DNA of 64,000 nucleotides, from contig CP158636.1 of NCBI GenBank assembly GCA_050273025.1, positions 2,914,001-2,978,000 of the forward strand. Reading direction: 5' to 3'. This document shows, piece after piece, positions 23,431 to 36,272 of this stretch. Every line of letters begins with the position of its first letter. The first letter of the stretch is position 1. The stretch is from Cenococcum geophilum (taxonomy: Eukaryota). Below the pieces are notes generated by a model, which was not told where the DNA came from, ran no database searches, and saw only the letters and a program-made list of their open reading frames with translations. The position numbers and the translations under genes were made by a program.

Positions 23431-25466
23431 ATGCCGCTATATATTATCTATCTATCTAACCCCTACTTTAAACTTCTAAAAAACCTTAATAAGGAAAAAA
23501 CGTAACTAAAGAAAAGACGCGAGGATTGCTAGGAGACCTATTAGAAGCCTACTAAAAGCATGCCGGTGACTACCTAGGCTAATAGGGATTTTTATACAAC
23601 TTTACTTCTAAGCCTTTATACCAGTCTATAATTAATTATAAGTATTATAGGCAATTTAGTGTTCCAGTATAGTTCCGTAGAACCTTTTAGTATAGAATTT
23701 AACGTACAGAGCCTTGGCTTACCGTTATCTTTAACTACTAAGATGTAGTCTATAATTCTTTCTTATAATCCTTTTCTTATAATCCTCTACGTTACTAACG
23801 CATTACTCCCGTATTTGCCCTTAGGCTATTAAATGCGATTAAGGTATTAATTAATTAGTTAAAGAGACTTATCTCTTAAGATTTAGTACATATGCTTTTA
23901 AATCTGGTAGTCCTATACTATATATTTGGCGTAGCTCTACTGCCCAGCAAACAGGGACATTTCGCGATAGTAATTGTAGCTATTATACAATTGTTAAGAA
24001 CGTCTATAACGTTGTTCTTTAATACTATAGTATCGTTTTAGGTCTAATTTAACCTATATATATCTTTAATTTGACGTCTTAATTGCCTTCCCCTGGCCGC
24101 GTAGTTAGTTTTTGTAAGGAAGTAATAGTTAAATGACTTATACGCGTGTTTCCTTTCTTCTAAATAGCGCTGTTATAACAGAGTTATATCGGCAAGGTTG
24201 CGGCTATTTACTAGAAGGGTATTAGAAGGTAAAGTATAAAGATACCTTACTTATTAAGCTGCTCCTTTTCTTAAACACCTCACTTCTCGCCATTAACCGT
24301 CGTCCAATTTTGGACGTATCTTCGATATATTATTAAGATTTTCTTCTTTTCCATTATTAATTTAATATACCTCTTCGTTCTCCTACTAACTGCTCTTTTA
24401 AGTAGATTCTACAGCGTATCCTAGCCCTACCTTTGCATATAGAACCCTAACCTCCGCTAACTCGCAACTAGTACTAGTCCTACCTAAATAATTTTGCCTA
24501 TATATTTTTAAAAGACTAGAAATCTAATAATAGGATTCTAGAGGCTTATAATAAGACGCACTGCGTTAAATCCAATACCTTTAGCCCTTATAATTAATGC
24601 ATGCGTACTAAGAGCGGTAGTTGCGTTAAGGTAAGTTTTTCTATTCTTAATAGATTTCTATTATTAACTTTAAGCTTTAATAGCCTGGGCCTAAATAGTA
24701 ACGATCCTTTAATGTCCTTAACTACTACATTACCCAGGCTTTATGTCATTCTAGCGCTAATGCTAAACGTCTTAGTCGCATTTAAGACTATACCATAGCT
24801 ATCTATACCGCCTATAATTCTTAGCAAGCCAGCTAGTAACGCCTAATATAAGAGCAAGGTTAGTATACTAAGGATAGGGTGCAGAATAGGGGTGATAAGA
24901 AGAAGGTCGCTGTCTACTATAGGAAGGAGTTCGCGCATACGCGTCAAGTTTCAAAAGAGTATAACATAATGCGGTATCAGGTAGGTTACCCTTTAGGCAC
25001 CTAGCAGATAGGTAACTAATAGTTACCATAGTAAGGTCTTAGTAGTTCTAGACTGTGCTAGCTAGCCAACGTCTCTATTTATTCTAGGCTTAAGTATATC
25101 TTTATTAACTATAAGCTTACGCCGTAAGAGCTTTATTAGTATTAGTTTAGACCTAATATTAGTATTAAGTGTTTAAGAGTCTCTGCTCTATCTACACCTC
25201 ATTATCCTCCCCCTATTTTTATACCTACTCGTACCCCTACCAAGGGGTCTAAATCCCATTCTTGTTAGCTATTACTTAATGGCCCAATAAATACTAATCC
25301 TGCTCCTAAGGGTAAGGCATAGTAGCTTTTCGGGTTAGGCATTTAGGATTTATTTTTATATATAGTAGCAATTAAGGACCTCGATTAGGTGCTTAGGAAG
25401 GCCTTAAAAGGCTTTTAGGAAGGGCCTAAAAGCCCTAGAAATAATATTCCTAATATAAATAAATAA
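23431..25466 (+). pseudogene. Antisense intron-containing gene of D, ~660 aa, with a six-cysteine Zn-cluster-like motif (reconstructed; 3' end approximate)
   Basis: Intact ATG at 23431. One frame runs to 24630 with only RIP-type TAA/TAG stops. C-x2-C-x26-C-x8-C-x2-C-x7-C at 24472-24624, followed by a GTAAGT...TTAAC...TAG intron (24631-24683). Confidence 0.55.
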
Positions 25467-25519
25467 ATAGGAATACAATTCTAGCAAAATGCCCTATTAA
25501 CTCTATACTATATATATGA

Positions 25520-28500
25520 AAAGGCTAAGGACCTGTCCTGCCTTAGGCCGTAGCCCTATCCTTATAGTTTCCGGAGCCTATCTATTCCATATCCGATTTA
25601 ACCTATTTACTCTTTTCCCGAGCTTTCTTTATAGGTTATAATAATACCATAGTATTAGAGCGCTTTCTATAACTTGCAGATTATAAACCTTAGTCCTAAC
25701 ATTCTTTTAGAATATCTTTACAATAATTAAGGTAATCCTCTAGTTCCTATATAGAGTCCTTAGCGGGCCAGCCTAGCTATTTAACTTTAAATTAAAGCTT
25801 GTTCTTAACAGACTTATAGTATAGTATAGCTTTGACCTCGTACTACTCGCCCACCACCTTAGGGTGTTTAATTGGGCCTAGACGGAAGTTCTTTTTTAGC
25901 GATAGTCTATACTATAGCTCTAGTAGGTTTATATAAAACACTAAATACACACGGGCTATAAATAGGGGTAGCTAGAGATAATAGGCTAGCTTACCAATTC
26001 ATTCCTTAACTTAGAAGGGACCTAGGTATCTTATATTAAGCTTCTTTAATAGTTAACAGGTCTTAATATTCATTAAACATAATAAAACCTTATCGCCTAC
26101 TCTAAAATGCTTATTCTAGTACTTACAGTTATACTAAAGTCTCTGCTGCTCTTAGGCATCTTATAGGCTCTACTTTATATACTTCCATTACTCCTCCTAT
26201 TCCTAGAGGTATCTTTATACTCTCCAATAGATATCCTTAAACTTCCCAGTAGGATCCTATAACTAATCATACGGCCTTAGCCAGTAATCATTAGGTATAC
26301 TATTAAACCCAAATAGTTAGACGCCATAGGTAATCTAAATTAGTGTATACTTATATAATGCGTGTTGCTTTAAATTATAAGCGTACTCCGCGTACGGGAG
26401 TAGCTCACACTAGTTATCTTACTAGTAGTTTAAATACATCCATAGGTAAGACTCCAGTTCCTAGTTCTGGCGTTCCGTTTACCCATCCGTCTATAGGTAA
26501 AAAGCCATACTATAACGGTAGTCTATCTTTAAATAGAAGCATAGATCTAACTAGTACTAACTTATAAAGACGCTACCCCTATCAGTAATAATAAAGTGCG
26601 GCTAATCTACTTTAAGAAAGGATTTCTCCTTAATCAGGTTAGTAAGCGCTTATACATTAATTATCTTATTAACAGGAAGGTATTAGACGTACTTTAAAAA
26701 CCTATTAATAAGTATAAGGACCAAATCGTATATTCGTCCTTAACCATCTTTAAATAGCGGGAGATCCGTAATAAAGTCCATGGCGTAATATTACTATAGC
26801 TCACTAGCAAAGGGAACTAATTCAAGTAAACCCTATAGCTTATACCTACAGATCTTATATACTTAACACTTCTTATAATAGCTAATATACTCCTTTACTT
26901 CCTACTTAAGCCTTAGCTAATAGTATTTACGCTAAAATAATTCCACTATCTTTACTTAACCATAGTGGCCGCCTAGGGGATTATTATAATTCTTTATAAG
27001 AATCTTCTGTTATAGATTTACTTCTTATAGCACCCAAACCTTACTACCTCTACGCAGTAGGCCTATTGGGTCTAGTTCCCAATAGTAGCGCCTAGCAGCT
27101 TCCTTTCCGTTACATTTCCAGTCTACTTTTATATTAAAGGTGGTATAGGAAGTATTCCTCCATTACACCTTACGGATAAGATCTATTAACCCTTTAGATA
27201 GTTCCTAAGTAAAAGCTATTTTATTCCGTACTACTCCAAATATAAGACTAAATAGTACTATAGATCTTATAACTCTTTAATACGCGTACATTAGGAAGGC
27301 CGCTATAAGGTTAAAGTCCTTTAGTTATTATAGGGCTCTAAGTTCCGATTACTCTATAGCTATACTATTTATTTAAGGGGATAGCTTAGTAATTAGAGAT
27401 AGTGTATTACTAGGTTCTAAGAATGTATTGGGGACGTTTTATCTAGGTATATTTAGACCCTTATTAGTAATAGACCGGGTACTAGCTAAAACGTTAATAG
27501 AAACCAATAGGGCTTATACCGCCTAAAACTTAGTACATAAAGCTATAAATACTTAAGCATCCTACACCTAGAGCTTATTCTATAATATAGGGAGTAAGAT
27601 ATCTATTATCTATTTTCCTTCTCCCATTTTAAAGCCTTTAGTATAGTCTAGCCGTCATAACGGTCTATTAGCAGGGTTATTTTCCCCTAGCTTATATTTA
27701 ATCTTAAAATTAAATTGCGTAAGCTCCTCTACCTATCTGGCTTATTAAAGTATAAGCTCCTTTATAGTTATAAAATAGCGTAGATTATAGTAATCTAAGA
27801 GTACACAAGTAGTATAACTCGCGTGCTTAAGGTAGTGTCGCTACTATTTAAAGCAGTCAACTATAGCTAGCAGTTCCTTATCATGGGTATAATACCTAAC
27901 TTTAGGTCCCTAGAATTTTCTGTTATAAAATACTACTAGTCTCTAATAGAGCTGGGTAGCGTCTAGATGCCTATTAGGTTACAGTAGGATACCAATAAGG
28001 GCAAAATTCGATGCATTAGTAATCATCATTAATAGCTAATCTAGGTTAAAATGCCGCAGTAATAGAGCTTCTATAAACTTTATACAAAGTTCCTAAAAGG
28101 CCTTCTAAACCTTTCCGGGCCATAACCATAGCTTATACCATTTAGTTAGTCCCTTCTTAGTTTTCTTCCTTACCGCCTTTAAGCTTTTTACTCCTTAGGT
28201 TAGGTCTTAAAAAGCTTCCGTAATATAGTTAAATAGGTATTAGGCAACATCTAAGTAGTTATAGATAAAGCGCCTATAGAAATTAGCAAAGCCTAGGAAC
28301 ACTTAAACATCCTAATAGCTCTCTAGCTCCGGCCACTTCTAAATTATCTACACCCTTACTAGGTCTATAACTACACCTATAGGCGTTATAATATACCCCA
28401 GGAACTTAACCTGCTTAGTATTAAAGACATACTTTAACGCCTTAGCGTAGAGGCCCTAATTATCTAAATATTCCAGCACTTCGCGGATGTATTACTCATA

Positions 28501-31500
28501 TTAATCCTTATCTTCTAAGTAGATTAAGATATTATCTAAATAAACAACATATATACGGTCAACTAGTCCCCCTAAGGCTCTATAAATATACAATTAGAAT
28601 ATCATAAGCGTATTAGCTAGCCCGAAAGGTATTACCAGATACTTAAAGTAGCTATATTAGGTCTTAAAAGCGGTCTTTTACTTATTCCCTTCTTTAATAT
28701 AGAGCCTATAATAGGCGTTTTATAAATCTAACTTTATAAAGATCTTTGCCCTAAATAGTTAATCCAGCATTTTACTAACCAGTGGTAGTGGGTAACAGTT
28801 CTTAATTATAATTTTGTTAAGACCGCGATAGTCTATATATAGCCTTATGGTTCCATCTAGTTTTAAAATAAAGAGGATTGGCGCGCCTAACGGCAACTTA
28901 CTAGGCTAGATCCATCCCTTTTCTAGTAAGCTATTAAGGTACTTCTATAGGATCTTAAGCTCTTTACGCAAGAGGTTATAAATAGAAAGGTTTAGCGGTT
29001 ACTTACCTTCTTCTAAATTAATTATATAATCGTACTCCGAGTTCTATAGTAGGACTTTAGCTCTCCTACCCAAAAATACCCTTAGTAAGTCCTTTAGGCC
29101 TACTGGAATATTTAACAAATTAGGGTCGCGTTCGTCCTTTGCGTTATTATTAGGTAGGTCCCAGAGCTCCCTTAGGATACTTACGGGTAGCGTCGTGCGC
29201 TATAGTAGTTGCTTATATATAGTTACCACCGTATATTAAACCGTTTTATATAGTAGCTAGTAAAGGGTAGGGAACTTCTTAACGCAACGTTTAAGGTGCC
29301 GTAGTATACTCTCTGTATATTACTTAAGCTAAAGTAACCTATAGCGGTTAAAGTATCTCGTAAGATCCTTAAGATCACCGCCTCCCTACAATATCTCCGC
29401 GACCTATCCAGTAGTTCCCTATAGGGTTTCTGTTATAGAGGGGTTATTACCTATACTAGGCTCTATACCCATCTTATTATTAAACAGGGGTTAAATCCAA
29501 TACTCCTTTAAGTATAGAGCATATACTATTTTACCTAGAGCTACATTCTCTAGGATATCCTTTAGGCTTATTAGTAATATATACCCTTCCAAATCTTTAT
29601 TATTCCACCATTTAAAGGCTCCAGTCTTAAAGCATATCTTAAAATCTGCTTCTATAAGCTAAGGGTATCTAAGGATAAAGTTATAACCTACAAAGTTAGC
29701 CGCCTAGAAGGGTTACGGGCCAACAACCTTAGTACGGTTATATATATCGGCTACTAATACTATAAGCTTATAGGCACTATATAGCTTAATCCAATACTTA
29801 TCTAGGAAGCCTATAATAGGTTTCCACCACCTTTACAATAGGATAAGTTTATACTCTTTTACCAAATCATATTATATAAAATTAATTTCGGCGCCGCTAT
29901 TATATAGTGCTTAAAACTATCATACCTCACCTATAGGGAGTGTTATTTCCAGCTTAACAGCAATACGGAGAGTCTCTCCTTCTATATCTTACCCTAATTG
30001 CAGCCAGAAGAGGTCCGCGACTAGGGCTTTTCTTTTTTTAGATCATTAGTGCGGTTATTACCCTGCTTATTTTTCCAATAAAATCTACCTCCAAAGTTTT
30101 CTCTTAACTTCTTAGAGTGTTCCTATAAAGGTACCGGACGGGTATTAGGTTAACCCCAAAAGTCTTTCCCATTATTTAAGGTTCCTAACTTTAACCCTTC
30201 CGAAGTTCTCTTTAAGAACAGCTTCTTTAAAGGTTAGGTTTACCCTATATTACTATTAAAGTACCCACGCTTTTAATAACCCCCTAGCTTCCTACTAGAA
30301 GAGGTCTGGTTCTTTACCACATCCTCAGCGTTTAAAACCGCTCGTTTAAAATCCGTATATACAGTAACCCGCGATAAAGCTCCTATACGCTTTATTTCGT
30401 CATAAATTACTAGCTTAATTCTAGCCTAGATAAATCCAATTTTCTCCTTCTTATAAACGCTGCCGTCCTTGTTTTTAAAGGGCTCTAAATCTATCTGTTA
30501 AGCATAAGTTTTTATAAAGTTTATAAACTGGCGAAAGTCTTAACAGTCCAGCTATATACCATTCCAGAATTATTTTACATTATTATATTATATAATATAC
30601 GGATCTTAGGTCCAACCCTTTAAGAAGGTCTATAGCTATAGCTATATTATAATTTACTCTTTATTAAGTTAATTAAGCGCAATCTAGTTTAGCAATCGGT
30701 CTTTAATCTTACTAATAATCCAGTGTATACGCTCTTTAGTATTATCTCATATCATTAGCATCTCAAAGAAGTTATCTACCTCGCGAACCCAATCGTCCAG
30801 CTATTAGGCGTTAGGTCTATAACGAAGTTCTAAACTACTAAAGGCCTTAGCCAGTCAGTCTATATCCTTTTTCCATTTATTATATAGGTGCCTCTCTAAG
30901 TCTTCCACACCTCCTTAGGTAGGTACTAGGTAGCCCCTAAAAAGCCCTTAGCCTTAACTAGGTTATAAAAGAATTTACCTAGCTTAGATTAAACCCTACT
31001 AGATATAGATTTGCCCTTAAAGGGTTTTAATATATTTATTAGTGGCTTCCTCCTATATAGCTTCCAAGAGCCTTACAATAGCTTCCTAATATCCGTCTTA
31101 AAGGAGATCAATATAAGGCTCTTAACCTTCCAAACTTAGGCCTAGAGAAGCTCCTACTATAGAGGTAGTATTAGCACTAATAGCTAGTACGGGTTTCCCA
31201 ATAAGCCTTAGGTCTTAAGTTAGTGTTTAGGTTTAATTTCCTAAAGGGGTAAGCCCGCTTAGCTTATAAGCAGTTTATACACCACCACTATGCCAATTAT
31301 AGGCCGGTGGTCTTCCGGGAGGGTTCCAGTTAGGTCCCTAGTCAAATACATTAATATATTCCTCTAGCATTTCTAGCTTAGGGGAAAATCTTAGGGTTAC
31401 CTCTAGCGCTTAATCTTCTAATTGGCCTAGGTAGGGCCAGAGGGGTTCTAGTTGCTTTCCAGCAGCGTTATAACCGTTATAAAGGGTATCTACGTTTTCC

Positions 31501-31680
31501 TTAGCGGTAACCGTAGGTATATAAGAGTCTTCAAGCTCTTAAAGTATCTAGGTATTAGGGCTCGTTCGGCCGTCTTACCTAAAGGGTTATATTATCGCAA
31601 TCTCTTACTATCAAAGGGACCTTCCTGCCTTTACGCGACGGCTTTCCATAAGGTATCCGTAGAGTTTCCGTTTAGGTCAT
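25520..31680 (-). pseudogene. gag-pol of element D (RIP-disrupted; boundaries approximate)
   Basis: Protease, RT, RNase H (Y.THDKELLAIV ~27855-27895), integrase (MDFITDLP ~26757-26782) and chromodomain motifs on the minus strand. Confidence 0.85.
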
Positions 31681-34600
31681 TGCAAGATTTTAAGGGAGAA
31701 TAGTAGTTGTAAACAAAAGATATAAACAAACAATCTGGTCCTTAAAGCCAACTACCCTTCTAAAAAAGAGTAGGAAGGATTTAAATATAAGGGGATCTTA
31801 TAGACAGGGGGCTATAAGGACACAATTGGAATAGGATAGTTTGATAAGAGAAATAAATCCTTAAGGAGGTAAGGCCTTTAGGATCGTGGAGACTATATAC
31901 TACAGGCACGTGCCTTTAGTATGTAACTGGTAACCATCCAAGGGGCGTCCAGGGGTTGTCCTAAGGGCAACCTAAGGTGTCCGCAATAATATCCCTTATA
32001 CTAGGTTAATAATGTACTAGGAATAAGAAATAGCCTAAACACATTAACTACGCTTAACCTGCTACTTTAGTCTAAAGTACGCGTATAGCGTAAAAAGGGA
32101 GGATGGTTAAGCCCACACCAACTTATTGTAATTAATAGTTAAACTTGCACTATTTAGATGCCTTATGGACCCACTTAATTCCATTTAACTATTATTAAGC
32201 CTTACTATAAAGATAATAATTCTAAGCCTTTATAGGATGCCCTAGAAGATGCCTTAGAGGAAAACCACAATTAATATGCTCTAGAAGGCGACTATAATCC
32301 CAATATAATTATAGTAGATACGCTATAACTATAACGCGGTAGAGGTCGCCTAAAGGGATTACAAAATTACTAATATCTTATTAATTTTAAAGAACAATTT
32401 GTTATCGCTATTAAGAATAGAGTTAAGTTATTAATGGCCTTTATAACAGCCAAAGAGAAGGCTAACTTTAAGCTCGCAAAACAGCTCTAAAAGGAAGGTT
32501 ATATTATAGCCCTAGGAGCTCCTTTCCAAGTATCTAACAAGTAGGAGATCGACGGTCTTATTATAAGAGGAGTCTTTAAATTTAAGAAGTATAACCCTAC
32601 TAAGTTTAATAAAGTTCGCATCTTTAAGTTAAGGATAGTTAATGAGATTAAGGGCAAAGCTACTAACGCCCTATTTAAGAAATTAAGGCTTATTATCTAA
32701 GGTTATAACGATAATAGTAAAGAGATAATTTTATATAATCTCCTATAATTCAACGAGCTAGTTAGCGAGTTATTATTATATTAGCTCCCTCCTTAATAAA
32801 GAATAAAATAGTAGTTTATTTATAAGATATTACTTAAGCCTACACCCAATTAGAGACGCACCTTTAGCGCTTAATATTGGCATACCTTCCAGAGCAAATT
32901 CGCCACTAGTATCCTAAAGATACGATTATAGTTATGCTTAAGCCATTATATAGAATCGCAGAGGCAGGAACTCACTGGTGGGCTACCTACAGCAAGTACT
33001 ATAAAGAGAAGCTTTTAATAACTACTTCTATATTTAATCCCTGCTTCTTTATTATAACCACAGGAACCCTATTTAGAATCGTTAGTATATAAACTAATAA
33101 TATAATTATCTTAGGAGACGATTAATTCTTAGCTCTTAAAGAGGATAAGCTAGTAAAGGCAAATCTTATAGCAAAGCTAAAAGAAAAGCTTAATTCAATA
33201 ACACTATTACTCTTTAATAGATGCATCCTCTCCCTAAACGAGGATTCTATTGCTTTGCGCTAGAAGGGTTAAGGTAAGAAGATTAACATTATTAACGTTA
33301 ATTCTCTAAAGTAAGGATATGTAGAGCAATGTGCTTATAGAGCTTATATTACTTTTATCTATTAACCTAAGGCTTTATTTAATCTCTCTGTTACGGCTTA
33401 ATACTAGGAACTAACTAAGGATAATATCCTTACCCTAAATAAGCGTCTTTTCTAGTAAATAAACCATCTTGATTGGGGACTACTCTATATACCTATTAAC
33501 CTTCCCACCGCTAAGCTCTTTATATTTATTAATAGATCGTTTATAAATAATAAAGATTTTAGCTCCTAGTTAGGATATAAGATTATTATCGCGAACGAAT
33601 TTACTAGAGAGAATAACTTTATAATCCACGGTAACCTTATCTATTAGAGCTTAACTAAGAGTAAGCGTATTACTTAAAGCGTTCTAGCGTTAGAGATATA
33701 TAGAATAGTTAGCGGAGTTAATATAGCAATTACAATTGGAACTACCCTAAAGATAATTATAGATTAACTTAAACTTCCCGTTATCCTTATAATCGTATAC
33801 ACCAACTTATATTCCCTCTATAAGTACTTAGTTAAGCTCAGTACTATAAAGGAGAAGCGTCTTATAATTAATATTATAGCACTTTAGTAATCCTATAAGC
33901 GTTAAAAACTCTTTAAGATTTAATAGATTAATAGCTAAGATAACCTAGTAGATATAATAATAAAGGCGAACCTAAACAAGGCACTAGAGATATTTGTTAA
34001 TATAAATACTCTACGTATATAAGTTAAAGGTTGGGTTAAAAGGGAGCCCTTAGAAATTTCTTAGTTATATAAGGTCTTAAGATATCCAGGAACTTTAACC
34101 AGCGGTTAAAGTTGTCTAATTAGTTAGATTCTCTTACCAAGACTTTTTAAAAGGGGGGAGTATAATATTCTATAAACCCTGACTTAAACCAGCTAATTAG
34201 GATTTTCCATCCCCGGGATAGAAAATCGCTATTGGCTCGCTTACCGCTAGCGCCTTAGCGGCCCTACTAATAAGATACCTACCCATAACTTATAATTAAG
34301 AAAGCACTACGTGCTAAGAGGCAAATTTTAGGACAGCGAGACTTATATTATAATGGCAATAGTAAGTAAGAAGGATTAATATTTGTTCCGCTGGTTAAGC
34401 GGTATATATATATAGATGGCAACCATAAGAGAAGAGTTGCTAGTGTTGGGAATAAAGGCATATAAGGCATATTGCCGTCACGTATGGCAAGTTGCCGTTA
34501 CGTACGGCAAGTTGCCGTCACGTATCGCCGCGGCACTAGCGTGGTGAGGAACCTTAAGCTCCTCACCCCTTTCTTTAAGAATTAAAAGAATAAGAACAAC

Positions 34601-35264
34601 CATTATACTATCTACGAACCGTAGCTACGTGATATCACCTTATAAGACTAACAATAATAGATAGTTAGACTTATACTATTTAGATACTTTACAGACCCAC
34701 TTAATTCCGTTTAACTATTATTAAGCCTTACTATAAAGATAATAGTTCTAAGCCTTTGCAGGATGCTATAAAAAATGCTTTAGAAAAGAGCTATAATTAA
34801 TATGCTCTAAAAGGCGACTACAATCCTAATATAATTATAGTAGATATGCTACAACTATAACGCGGTAGAGGTCACCTAAAGGGATTATAAAATTACTAAC
34901 ATTTTATTAATTTTGAAAAATAATTTATTACCGCCATTAAGAATAGAGTTAAGTTATTAATGGCCTTTATAACAGCTAAAGAGAAGGCTGACTTTAAGCT
35001 CGCAAAATAGCTCTAAAAAAAAGGTCGTGTTATAACCCTAGGAGCTCCTTTCCAAGCATCTAATAAGTAGGAGATTAATAGTCTTATTATAAGAGAAGTC
35101 TTTAAATTTAAGAAGTATAACCCTACTAAGTTTAATAAAGTTCGCATCTTTAAGTTAAGGATAGTTAATAAGATTAAGGGCAAAGCTACTAACGCCCTAT
35201 TTAAGAAATTAAGGCTTATTATCTAAGGTTATAATAATAATAGTAAAGAGATAATTCTTATATA

Positions 35265-36272
35265 GTAGTAATTCTTAATTAACGTCTGATACGGATCCTA
35301 TCTAGGCCCACGCAGACTACTCCGTCATAGGGGGAAAACTTATAATTTATAGGAAGAAAACCCTACAGTTTAGGGGAGGAAAAACCCTATAAGCCACCTT
35401 AGTAGAATAAAAAACCCCGGTTTGCTATGTTCGTCCGTAGCGGCGGCCCTACGGGCCTACGGCTACGTCCTGTCCTCCTTAGATATTTAAACTCTTTAGA
35501 AACCACTGCTTCCTTCTCTAGCTTATCCCAGCTAGGGTTTACTACGTCCTAGCTAGGCCTTGCCGTTCGATTGCTATATACTTGTAGTTATGTTCCGTAT
35601 TTTAACCACCCCCTATATGCTATCTCTTGTTAACTATTACTATATACGCCATGCCTTCCCCCCCCTAAGGCCTATTAAAGGTGTAAGGGGGATTTATTTA
35701 TAAACTACTACTATACCAAAAGGCGAGCGGGACGTGTATGCCTAAGTATCTTTTGTGCCTAGGCCCTAGTCACTAGGCCCTTACTAAGGGTCACTACTCC
35801 TTAAAAGGAGACAGGAAAACCATACGGTATTATCTAGGCTGCCAGGTATTTAATAGTTAATGGCGAGTAATCGTATACTCCGCGGGCGATCACCCTGGGG
35901 GTTAGGAGGGGCCGTATATTTACTCGTTGCTTGTTCGTTTATAATTGCTCGTTCGTTAATATAAGAGGTTGTTAATACTCTCTACTGGGGGTTAGAGGAT
36001 ATTATCGAATGCCGCGTATCCATGTTAGATCGTATAGGTGCCTTAATAGGAGAATAGTGTTGCTGTTGTTCGTAAGGGGCACTTAGTAGTAGTTTTCGAG
36101 ATCTCACCATCCCATGTGAAAACTTTTTACTACCGCCTATAATACCCACCACCACCACTAGGTCGTATCGCACGCTATGCGACGTCTCTGCGTTGGCTCT
36201 GAGTCTAAACTTTAAAGACTTAGGTTTATAGCCGTCACCACATATAGGTGCAGAGTCCGTTTTCGACGGCCT
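35265..36272 (-). mobile_element. SINE-like or LINE-derived non-autonomous insertion, 1008 bp
   Basis: Perfect 14-bp TSD ataattcttatata (35251-35264, 36273-36286) inside the E1 RT region. The minus-strand 3' end ...AAGAATTACTAC is a short (TAC)n tail. No recognisable coding domain. Confidence 0.8.

Larger units (their letters stand above)
23106..32000 (-). mobile_element. Full-length Gypsy chromovirus D (8895 bp, RIP-inactivated)
   Basis: 215-bp LTRs at 23106-23320 and 31786-32000, TSD ctagg (23101-23105, 32001-32005), G-rich PPT at ~23324-23337 on the minus strand. Minus-strand PR (ALYDSGAEINF ~29880-29912), RT (VVYLDDILIY ~28520-28550), IN and chromodomain (YEVEAIL..VKWLGWP.EDSTWEP ~25690-25845). 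Confidence 0.95.
19675..34653 (+). mobile_element. Copia (GalEa-like) element E2, same family as E1, nested in E1 and interrupted by D
   Basis: 210-bp LTRs at 19675-19884 and 34444-34653, TSD ataat (19670-19674, 34654-34658). The internal sequence is colinear with E1. Confidence 0.95.

Noticed and set aside
24440..24640. Minus-strand reading ATTAL...GFDAVRLVI resembling a RecQ-type helicase C-terminal motif
   Set aside because: The spacing is wrong, there is no QxxGRAGR motif, and the opposite strand gives a better model with a Cys cluster and splice donor.
23340..25500. Sense-strand env-like third ORF in element D
   Set aside because: RIP depletes TGA, so many frames look open after reversion. 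No start, motif or splice signal favoured a minus-strand frame.
36190..36272. tRNA-derived head on the SINE-like insert
   Set aside because: Only vague A/B-box resemblance; I could not build a cloverleaf by eye.
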